A program made the position numbers and the translations under genes. Of a DNA stretch of 14,814 nt, positions 7,541-14,814 are shown piece after piece. The stretch is from assembly GCA_031422435.1 (NCBI GenBank), contig JANPLU010000040.1, positions 1-14,814 of the forward strand, written 5' to 3'. Positions within the stretch are counted from its first letter, which is position 1. Every line of letters starts with the position of its first letter. The stretch is from Acaryochloridaceae cyanobacterium VAR_48_metabat_390. GTDB taxonomy: Bacteria > Cyanobacteriota > Cyanobacteriia > Thermosynechococcales > Thermosynechococcaceae. The notes beneath the pieces were generated by a model. That model saw only the letters and a list, made by a program, of their open reading frames with translations, was not told where the DNA came from and ran no database searches.

Positions 7541-8746
7541 TCAAAGCTGAGCGAAATTGGCCGGATCCTGATCTCGTCGATGTTTGAGAGGAATTGGAGA
7601 GCCTTGACGATCGCCCACCAGTGCCGCCGTTTTCTCTAAGGATTCTCGCAGTCGTTTGGCAGCGTAGATGGACATATCTCTAGGGACACTGATGCGATCG
7701 CGCAGGTATCGCAGCGCAACATCAGATCCGCTCGGCGGCGTGCAGCTTTCGCCCACCATTAGATGCGTGAGGGCGCAGCGTAGTGCTTCATCAAATATTT
7801 CATCCTCGGCAGGGTTGACGCGAATAATGTTGGCATGATGCTTAACAACGCGCTGAAGTGCCTCTGTACGGGAAGTTTCCGGCTCTGGATAGGCAACATC
7901 GGGTAGCCCCAGCCACGGGCCGTTATCTACTCGTGATTTATTGATCTGCGTTTGCGGCTCATCGTTGTCCCAGCAGCCACCCATTTGCGGCGGCAAATCA
8001 TGGGCATGGGTGTGGAAGTCGCCTTGAGTACCTCGGTAGGTGGATCGGCGTTCCATACCGTCAAACCAAGCTGCAAACCGAGGGTTATCTTCTCGTAAAG
8101 AATAGCCTTTGTAGTAGTAAAGACTAGCGTTCATGCGCTCGACATAGGGCGTAAAAATGACGTCAGCAGTGCCAAAATCTTCTAAGAAATACGATCCTGA
8201 CGTTCGGCTCAGTGCTGCTTCTACTTGGGCGACAACGGCAGTAAACTGTTCGCGGCTCTGCCGATCTTCTCGTAAGGAACGGGTTGGACGGCAGAGCCAG
8301 CCACACCAAACTCTAAATAAAAGTCGCTCCAATTGCCGAAGAGGGCGTACTGCGGGATCTGTCATACCTAGTCCCAAAGAGCCAAAAGCCCGCTCTAGGG
8401 CGATTAAAATCTCGTCGCTTTCTGTAATGATTCGACCGTCTAGCTCAAGGGCAGGCAACATACCTGAGGGAACCTTGCGCTTGTACCAAGCTTCCTTTTC
8501 GCCGTAGCAAAACATGGTGACTTTTTCGATGCGGTAGGGAATCTGCTTTTCCTCTAGCCACAGCCATATTTTCTGACAGTAGGGACACCAAGCATGATGA
8601 TCACGATAAAGCGTCACGCGTACGTCCGCTTCGGTTTGTCCAAAAAGGCGCAGCCGAGCTTGGGCGTTGGTGAAACCATTGACCGCATCAATGTGAAAGT
8701 CTGTGAGGGCTTCTAGATCTGACCAGCTTAAGGCGGCAATGCTCAT
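7541..8746 (-). CDS. Glutathione S-transferase family protein (Cys-GST, CPYC motif) with long C-terminal extension
   Basis: [40 protein letters not shown] (cis-Pro and ES glutathione-binding motif), and GST C-domain [19 protein letters not shown]. Confidence 0.88.
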   Translation of the reverse strand: MSIAALSWSDLEALTDFHIDAVNGFTNAQARLRLFGQTEADVRVTLYRDHHAWCPYCQKIWLWLEEKQIPYRIEKVTMFCYGEKEAWYKRKVPSGMLPALELDGRIITESDEILIALERAFGSLGLGMTDPAVRPLRQLERLLFRVWCGWLCRPTRSLREDRQSREQFTAVVAQVEAALSRTSGSYFLEDFGTADVIFTPYVERMNASLYYYKGYSLREDNPRFAAWFDGMERRSTYRGTQGDFHTHAHDLPPQMGGCWDNDEPQTQINKSRVDNGPWLGLPDVAYPEPETSRTEALQRVVKHHANIIRVNPAEDEIFDEALRCALTHLMVGESCTPPSGSDVALRYLRDRISVPRDMSIYAAKRLRESLEKTAALVGDRQGSPIPLKHRRDQDPANFAQL

Positions 8747-9119
8747 AGGTATACAGTTGATAACTTCTACATTCTGCTACATCTCGGTTTTATGAGGGTG
8801 CTGGTGTCTCGTTGCAGAACGAAAAAAAGGGAAGAAACACTTTTATCTATGTCTATAAAAAAGGAACATTGATTATGCCGCCAAAGGTAAAGTCGTAGGT
8901 TTCGACTTCGGTTTATCGTTGGAGAGGCTTATCACAGCAGTCATCCAGTGGACCATTTGATGAATCAATGAGCGAAACAAAGATGCTAACGGTGAGAAGC
9001 GCTACTTTAAACGTATTCATCATGGACAACGGTCTAGAATACAGTGCTTCAAGATGCTCACTTTAGACAAAATGGTCGCGCGTCTAAACTCTATTGTCCT
9101 TTTCTGCTGAAATTTTGCC

Positions 9120-10373
9120 ATGCTCTCTGTCCAAGAAGCCGAAATCAAGATTCTAAGCCTCACTCATTCCCTTGACCCAGACCGCGATCGCCAGTGGATC
9201 TCCCTTGATGAAGCCTCGGGTCGTATCTTGGCAGCAAAGGTTCAGAGTGCCCTCGATTTTCCCTATTGGAACAATTCTGCAATGGATGGTTATGCTGTCC
9301 GGAGTGCCGACCTAGAAACATGCAGTGCAGAATCTCCTGTGGCCTTGGATGTTGTGATGGAAATTCCGGCAGGCCATTCACCTCAGCAGGGCATTACCGC
9401 AGGACAAGCCGCTCGGATTTTTACGGGAGCCATGATGCCAGCGGGGGCAGATGCCGTGGTTATGCAAGAGCGTACCCAGCGCGAAGGCGATCGCGTGATC
9501 GTTCGGGAGCGCCCAGAACTCCATGCTTGGGTGCGTGCCAAGGGAGACTACTATCAGGCAGGCTCTCCGTTGCTGCATCGCGGGACTCGGATCAACGCAC
9601 CCGAAATTGCAATTTTAGCCACGGCTCAATGTACTCCTGTGGCGGTTTATCGTCAGCCTGTGGTGAGCCTGCTCTCGACGGGCAATGAGCTAATTACACC
9701 CGATCAGACGCTCCAGATAGGCCAAATTATTGACTCAAACCAGCCTGCGATCGCCGCCCTCGTACAGCAAACGGGAGCCATCACCCAGCGCCTCGGGATT
9801 ATTCCCGATGAGCGGTCGGCGTTAAAGCAGGCCATTGAGGGGGCGATCTCCATATCGGACGTGGTGATCTCCACAGGTGGCGTTTCGGTGGGTGACTATG
9901 ACTACGTTGAAGAGATTTTGGTGGAGTTGGGCGGCACGCTCCACATTCAGTCCGTTGCCGTTAAGCCAGGGAAACCGCTGACGGTAGCAACTTTCCCCAA
10001 CCCTGACCCCAGTAACCCGCGTCTGATTCTGTACTTTGGACTGCCAGGTAATCCCGTCTCTGCACCCGTTGGCTTCTGGCGCTTTGTGCAGCCTGCGCTC
10101 AAAAAACTTTCTGGGCAATCTTATGGCTGGGGTCCTACCTTCATCCGTGCAGTTTCGCGCTTGGCTCTAAACGCAGACGGCAAGCGCGAAACCTATCTGT
10201 GGGGACAGCTTATTCTGATGCAGGACGGCACCTATGAGTTTGACCTTGCAGGGGGTAGCCATAGCTCAGGAAACCTGATCAATTTAGCGAACACGAATGG
10301 GCTGGCGGTACTGAGCTGCGATCGCCCTTCCGTTGCCGTCGGAGAATGGGTTTTGGTGATGCAGGTCTCTTAA
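9120..10373 (+). CDS. moeA: Molybdopterin molybdotransferase (gephyrin-like MoeA/Glp)
   Basis: GRILA, NSAMDGYAVR, RIFTGAMMP.GADAVVMQE, LSTGNEL, GQIIDSN, STGGVSVGDYDYV, VKPGKP and FGLPGNPVSA. Confidence 0.97.
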   Translation: MLSVQEAEIKILSLTHSLDPDRDRQWISLDEASGRILAAKVQSALDFPYWNNSAMDGYAVRSADLETCSAESPVALDVVMEIPAGHSPQQGITAGQAARIFTGAMMPAGADAVVMQERTQREGDRVIVRERPELHAWVRAKGDYYQAGSPLLHRGTRINAPEIAILATAQCTPVAVYRQPVVSLLSTGNELITPDQTLQIGQIIDSNQPAIAALVQQTGAITQRLGIIPDERSALKQAIEGAISISDVVISTGGVSVGDYDYVEEILVELGGTLHIQSVAVKPGKPLTVATFPNPDPSNPRLILYFGLPGNPVSAPVGFWRFVQPALKKLSGQSYGWGPTFIRAVSRLALNADGKRETYLWGQLILMQDGTYEFDLAGGSHSSGNLINLANTNGLAVLSCDRPSVAVGEWVLVMQVS

Positions 10374-10465
10374 TGCACCCTTCTAAGAGTGGCTAAAATA
10401 GCATTGAAACTAGAAAAGAACCGATTATCTAAACTAACACCTTGAGTTTTAGGGGTAGACCCGCC

Positions 10466-11053
10466 ATGATCGCTCAAATCGAGAAGCCAACCCATGCCAT
10501 TGAAGAATATTTGGAGCGGGAACTGGCCTCCCAAAGCCGCAGTGAATACCGCAACGGAGAAATTGTCCCGATGACTGGCGGCACCCCTGGACATAACAGA
10601 ATCAGCGGAAATCTCTATATTGCCCTCAGTATTGCGCTGAAGCGCAAACCCTACGAAACGTTTCATGTTGACCAGCGGCTCTGGATACCAGAGGTAAGTC
10701 TTTATACGTATCCAGATGTGATGGTGCTGCCCAAGCCCATAGAGCTTCAAGCTGGGCGAACAGATACAGTCGTAAATCCCTGCTTTATTGCAGAGACGCT
10801 CTCTAAATCGACTCAAAACTATGACCGCAGCGAAAAATTTGCGGCTTATCGCACTATTCCTAGCTTTCGGGAGTATTTACTCATTGACCAATACCGCGTC
10901 CACGTTGAGCATCATGTTAAAACTGGCGTGAATCAGTGGCTGTTTTCTGAATATGATGAGCCAGACACAATGCTGTCCTTTAGCACCATTGAGGTTCAAG
11001 TTCAGATTGCTGACCTGTACGACAACATTGATTTGGCATCTACGTCAATTTAG
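10466..11053 (+). CDS. Uma2 (DUF820) family PD-(D/E)XK endonuclease-like protein
   Basis: EEYLERE....RSEYRNGEIVPMTGGT..HNRI, YTYPDVMV, NPCFIAETLSKST..YDR.EKF.AYR.IPSF.EYLLIDQ. ATG at 10466 is preferred over the upstream TTG at 10442. Confidence 0.93.
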   Translation: MIAQIEKPTHAIEEYLERELASQSRSEYRNGEIVPMTGGTPGHNRISGNLYIALSIALKRKPYETFHVDQRLWIPEVSLYTYPDVMVLPKPIELQAGRTDTVVNPCFIAETLSKSTQNYDRSEKFAAYRTIPSFREYLLIDQYRVHVEHHVKTGVNQWLFSEYDEPDTMLSFSTIEVQVQIADLYDNIDLASTSI

Positions 11054-11120
11054 TTACAGGTTATTAACATGCCGCTAAACTGATCTTTAAGTGCCTAAAT
11101 ACCTTGGCTTAAAGAAATCC

Positions 11121-12641
11121 ATGAGTTTCCAGCATGAATTTGACCTGTGCCTGCGCGCCCGCTATCCCCTCATCTATATTCCCACCCAAGAAGAAGAGCG
11201 GGTAGAAACGGCGATCGCCGACTCTGCTAAACGCCAAGGCAATCGCGCTATTTACACCTGGGATTTTGTAGATGGCTACCAAGGCAACCCCAATGACGCA
11301 GGCTTTGCCCAGCGCAACCCGCTTCAGGCGCTAGACCTATTTGAAAAACTGCCTGCCAATGCACCTGCCATCTTTATTCTGCGAGACTTTCATCGGTTTT
11401 TAGGGGATGTTGCCATTTCTCGCAAACTGCGAAACCTCGCGCGAAGTCTAAAATCTCAGCCCAAAAACCTCGTGCTGCTTGCCGCAGAGCTATCTATCCC
11501 TACAGATCTCAGCGAAGTTTTAACAGTCGTAGACTTTCCGCTACCCACCCTCGCCGATATCCGCCCCGAAATTGAGCGGATGATGGCGGCAATGGGCTTG
11601 TCTATGCTGCCCAGAGCCTTAGAAGATATGGTGCGCTGCTGTCAGGGGCTTTCGATGGAGCGGATTCGGCGGGTGTTGGCAAAGGCGATCGCCACCCACG
11701 GCTCTCTCAACATGGAAGACCTAGATCTGATTCTCGAAGAAAAGCGTCAGACCATTCGCCAAACCCAAATTCTAGACTTCATCCCTGCCAGCCAAACCAT
11801 CGCCGATATTGGCGGCCTGGATAACCTTAAAGACTGGCTGCTGCTGCGCGGGAGCGGTTTTTCAGAGCAGGCTCGTCAGTATGGTTTGCCCCATCCCCGT
11901 GGTCTCTTGCTAGTGGGCATTCAGGGCACAGGGAAATCGCTGACCGCCAAGGCGATCGCCCATCATTGGCATCTGCCTTTGCTGAGGCTGGATGTAGGTC
12001 GTCTGTTTGCCGGACTGGTAGGAGAATCAGAATCGCGCACCCGCCAAATGATTCAGCTTGCCGAAGCCCTTGCCCCCTGTGTGCTGTGGATCGACGAAAT
12101 TGACAAAGCCTTTGCAGGTGCAGATGGGCGGGGAGACTCTGGCACCACCAGCCGCGTGTTTGGCACATTCATTACTTGGCTTGCCGAAAAAACCTCTCCA
12201 GTTTTTGTGGTCGCTACCGCTAACAACATTCAGGCACTGCCACCAGAGTTACTCCGTAAAGGCCGCTTTGACGAAATCTTTTTTGTCGGGCTGCCCACAA
12301 CCGAAGAGCGCAAGGCCATTTTCTCGGTACATCTTAGCCGTTTGCGCCCTCACAATATTGCAGCCTACGACCTAGAGCGCGTGGCCTACGAAACCCCAGA
12401 CTTTTCTGGCGCTGAAATTGAGCAAAGCCTGATCGAAGCCATGCACCTTGGCTTTAGCCAAAACCGCGACTTTACCACCACCGATATTTTAGAAGCCGTC
12501 AGCCAAATTGTGCCCCTGGCCCGTACCGCTCAAGAACAGGTCAACGTTTTGCAAGAGTGGGCAGCCTCTGGTAAAGCTCGCTTAGCATCTCGGCATAGTA
12601 CACTGGGTTTGCATATGCGCCAGTTCGAGCAGCCGGATTAA
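11121..12641 (+). CDS. ycf46: Ycf46-type AAA+ ATPase
   Basis: N-terminal [15 protein letters not shown] and [10 protein letters not shown] (degenerate AAA domain). Active domain has [11 protein letters not shown], Walker A GIQGTGKS, Walker [10 protein letters not shown] and [19 protein letters not shown] at 11121 is preferred over GTG at 11091. Confidence 0.88.
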   Translation: MSFQHEFDLCLRARYPLIYIPTQEEERVETAIADSAKRQGNRAIYTWDFVDGYQGNPNDAGFAQRNPLQALDLFEKLPANAPAIFILRDFHRFLGDVAISRKLRNLARSLKSQPKNLVLLAAELSIPTDLSEVLTVVDFPLPTLADIRPEIERMMAAMGLSMLPRALEDMVRCCQGLSMERIRRVLAKAIATHGSLNMEDLDLILEEKRQTIRQTQILDFIPASQTIADIGGLDNLKDWLLLRGSGFSEQARQYGLPHPRGLLLVGIQGTGKSLTAKAIAHHWHLPLLRLDVGRLFAGLVGESESRTRQMIQLAEALAPCVLWIDEIDKAFAGADGRGDSGTTSRVFGTFITWLAEKTSPVFVVATANNIQALPPELLRKGRFDEIFFVGLPTTEERKAIFSVHLSRLRPHNIAAYDLERVAYETPDFSGAEIEQSLIEAMHLGFSQNRDFTTTDILEAVSQIVPLARTAQEQVNVLQEWAASGKARLASRHSTLGLHMRQFEQPD

Positions 12642-12656
12642 CCTAGTTCAAATATC

Positions 12657-13055
12657 ATGCGAAGGTCTACTTTCCCTCAAACTGTGCTTGGTGTTCTGTT
12701 AGGTTTACTGGCAGTTGGCCTGTTTGTTGGGGCACTCAGCTTTTTGTTTTTGCAGCAGTTGTCTCGCAGTCCGAGCAAGCCAAACTTTGCGGAAGTTAAA
12801 AAAGATGCGCCAAATTCACGACTCGACATCCGTGCCGCCGATGATAAAACCTATCCAGCCCTTGTGGTGTATGACCAAGAATTAATTTTGCGCGATAAGC
12901 CCGATGCCAACGGCAAGGTGGTTGATAAACTGCGCTTTGACGATACGGTCACGGTTATTGGCGAATCTGAAAACAAGCAGTGGCAGCAGATTCGCTTTGA
13001 AGCAAAAGGGCTTGAGGGCTGGGTGAGAGCAGGCAACATTAAGCGGGCGCAGTAG
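12657..13055 (+). CDS. Membrane-anchored bacterial SH3-domain protein
   Basis: N-terminal hydrophobic helix, a P.KP.F.E linker, and a C-terminal SH3b pattern LILRD.P......V..L.....VTVIGES..KQWQQIR.....EGWVRAGN. Starts 15 bp after ycf46. Confidence 0.85.
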   Translation: MRRSTFPQTVLGVLLGLLAVGLFVGALSFLFLQQLSRSPSKPNFAEVKKDAPNSRLDIRAADDKTYPALVVYDQELILRDKPDANGKVVDKLRFDDTVTVIGESENKQWQQIRFEAKGLEGWVRAGNIKRAQ

Positions 13056-13094
13056 ATTAAGGATGCAGTGGGAGCGTTGATTGAGAATATTAAT

Positions 13095-14297
13095 ATGAAT
13101 AGCGCTCAGGCATCTGGGGCAATTAACATCCGTCAAGTGGGCGTAATTGGCGGTGGGCAACTGGCCTGGATGATGCTAGAGGCAGCGCAGCAGTTAGGGC
13201 TAGAAGTGGTCGTCCAGACACCCCACGTCACAGATCCGGCCCTTAGCAATCGTTTGGCGGAATCGACTCTAACCGTCAAGGCAGTGCTGGCACCCGTGGA
13301 TGATGCCGTAGCAACAGCGCAACTGGCACAGCAATGTCAGGTTATTACCTTTGAAAACGAGTTTGTAGACCTTGATGCGCTGAAAGATTTAGAGGCGCAG
13401 GGCGTGTGCTTCCGTCCAGGGTTATCGGTGCTGACTGCGGTGCTTGACAAGTATGAGCAGCGACGCTTTTTGCAGTCTTTGGGCATTCCTGTACCCGCTT
13501 TTGCCGTCATTAGCCCCCAAACAGATCTAAGCGCCCTGGGTTTTAGCTTTCCGGTGGTGATTAAATCTCGTCGTCACGGCTATGACGGGCAGGGAACGTT
13601 TGTGATTCACGATGCTGCTGAGCTGAACCAGTTTTGGCAGGGTTTTGCCCATGAATCTGCTGATATCGATCTGCGGTTTATGGTAGAAGCATTTGTGCCC
13701 TTTGAGCGGGAACTGGCGGTGATGGCGGCACGATCTGCAACGGGAGAAATTGCGCTGTATCCAGCGGTCGAAACGTACCAACAACAGCAGGTGTGTCGAT
13801 GGGCGATCGCCCCTGCAACCCTTCCTCTTACTATCCAAACTCAAATTCAAGCTCTTGCTACCCAGCTTCTAGAAACACTAGAGGCGATCGGCATTTTTGG
13901 CATTGAGCTATTTTTGACCCCAGATGGGCAGATTTTTGTAAACGAAATTGCGCCACGTACCCATAACTCAGGCCACCTTACAATGGATGCCTGCAAAACG
14001 TCTCAGTTTGAGCAGCATCTACGCGCAATTTGCGGTTTACCCTTGGGCGATCCTGCGCTTCATACGGCAGGGGCAGTTATGGTCAACCTCTTGGGGTTTG
14101 AAACGACCGTCTCTGATTATGTCGCGCAGCGACAGCGTTTAGCCTCAGTCCCAAATGCCACCGTGCATTGGTACGGAAAAACAGATAGTAAACCAGGACG
14201 AAAGTTAGGACACGTAACGATTTTGCTAAACACCTCCGAAGGAGAACAGGCAGTAGCGATTGCCCACCAAGTTGAATCTCTCTGGTATCCAAGTTAA
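13095..14297 (+). CDS. purK: N5-carboxyaminoimidazole ribonucleotide synthase
   Basis: VGVIGGGQLAWM, VITFENEFV, KSRRHGYDGQG, VNEIAPRTHNSGH, TSQFEQHLRA, VMVNLLG and HWYGK....PGRKLGHVT. The start is ATG 13095 or GTG 13068. Confidence 0.97.
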   Translation: MNSAQASGAINIRQVGVIGGGQLAWMMLEAAQQLGLEVVVQTPHVTDPALSNRLAESTLTVKAVLAPVDDAVATAQLAQQCQVITFENEFVDLDALKDLEAQGVCFRPGLSVLTAVLDKYEQRRFLQSLGIPVPAFAVISPQTDLSALGFSFPVVIKSRRHGYDGQGTFVIHDAAELNQFWQGFAHESADIDLRFMVEAFVPFERELAVMAARSATGEIALYPAVETYQQQQVCRWAIAPATLPLTIQTQIQALATQLLETLEAIGIFGIELFLTPDGQIFVNEIAPRTHNSGHLTMDACKTSQFEQHLRAICGLPLGDPALHTAGAVMVNLLGFETTVSDYVAQRQRLASVPNATVHWYGKTDSKPGRKLGHVTILLNTSEGEQAVAIAHQVESLWYPS

Positions 14298-14409
14298 ACC
14301 TTCAAAAGACCGTGGAGATGACCTGGTTCGCATACTTGCCAAATCGACATGGCGCCGTCAACGGCATCAGGGGTAAGGCTTTTCTCCTACCGAAGCCGCT
14401 CAGAAAAAT

Positions 14410-14814
14410 TTACTCATAAACCCGACCCCGCCACTGCGTAGGCCGCTGAAAAGACGATAGCGCAATGCGCAGCACCGCCAGCGGATCGGCTAGTGGAGAA
14501 AGCCAAAATAGCCAGCGCCCCTTTGCATCAAAGAGATCGTAGGACGGGGCGATCGCCCCCACCAGCGCCACCCGAATCACCACTAGCGCTACGTTTAGAC
14601 CCAATGCCCCCACAACCATTGGGGTACTCACGCCGCAGCTTACAAACAGCAACACCAGCAGTAGCGGCAACCCCTGTACTGCTGTCAAAAACCAAAGATC
14701 GCCATAGGTTTGCGCGGGGGAGCTGGCATCTTTAAGATCTAGCGATCGCCCCCACTCGCGCCACGTTTCAGCAGCGCCCTCGTACATGCGTACCTTCAAG
14801 ACCTTGGCACCGTC
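14410..14814 (-). CDS. cruG: Carotenoid 2'-O-glycosyltransferase CruG (myxoxanthophyll pathway), C-terminal part; the gene starts beyond the window end
   Basis: The frame is open to the window edge: DGAKVLKVRMYEGAAETWREWGRSLDLKDASS...GDLWFL.AVQGLP...FWLSPLADPLAVLRI.LS....PTQWRGRVY. This is the GT2 C-terminus with TM helices that I recognise from CruG. Confidence 0.8.
   Translation of the reverse strand, partial: DGAKVLKVRMYEGAAETWREWGRSLDLKDASSPAQTYGDLWFLTAVQGLPLLLVLLFVSCGVSTPMVVGALGLNVALVVIRVALVGAIAPSYDLFDAKGRWLFWLSPLADPLAVLRIALSSFQRPTQWRGRVYE

Larger units (their letters stand above)
7694..14749. repeat. HIP1 octamers GCGATCGC (11 copies)
   Basis: Counted by eye starting at 7694, 9184, 9487, 9747, 10318, 11211, 11685, 11952, 13803, 14549 and 14742. 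None found in 1-7693. Confidence 0.9.

Noticed and set aside
8950..9119. Moco riboswitch upstream of moeA
   Set aside because: I could not see the conserved Moco RNA multi-stem/GNRA architecture, only isolated short stems.
13095..14297. purK without adjacent purE, and GGGQLAWM instead of GGGQLGRM
   Set aside because: Both are, to my knowledge, ordinary for cyanobacterial purK.
14299..14376. Plus-frame peptide DRGDDLVRILAKSTWRRQRHQG, faintly HicA-like
   Set aside because: Too short, has no start codon, and lacks the GSH motif; unsupported.
8157..14735. Overlapping or antisense ORFs inside GST, moeA, Uma2, ycf46, SH3, purK and cruG (also 1145-1354, 4033-4293, 6716-6922)
   Set aside because: Shadow frames of well-supported genes, with no motifs of their own.

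Overview
Cyanobacterial chromosome segment, judged from HIP1 octamers, ycf46, cruG and Uma2, with two distinct halves. Left half (~1-7500): a visibly AT-rich, HIP1-free surface-polysaccharide island. It carries the left end and first 19 codons of an IS630-like element, a DUF4915-like beta-propeller gene, a GT2 and a GT4 glycosyltransferase, a heavily decayed IS1-family element that the ORF track does not reveal, an O-antigen polymerase/ligase-type (Wzy_C) membrane protein, and a possible further transposase relic at the right border. Right half (~7540-14814): GC-richer native DNA with 11 HIP1 sites. It encodes a CPYC-type glutathione S-transferase-like protein, moeA, a Uma2-family nuclease, a Ycf46-type AAA ATPase, a membrane-anchored SH3 protein, purK and the 3' end of cruG. 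The most promising lead is the beta-propeller, whose His/Asn pattern resembles PAPS-independent arylsulfate sulfotransferases. It may be a glycan-modifying enzyme, but this is inference. No CRISPR array, tRNA or rRNA was seen. All family assignments come from motifs recognised by eye; no database searches were run.
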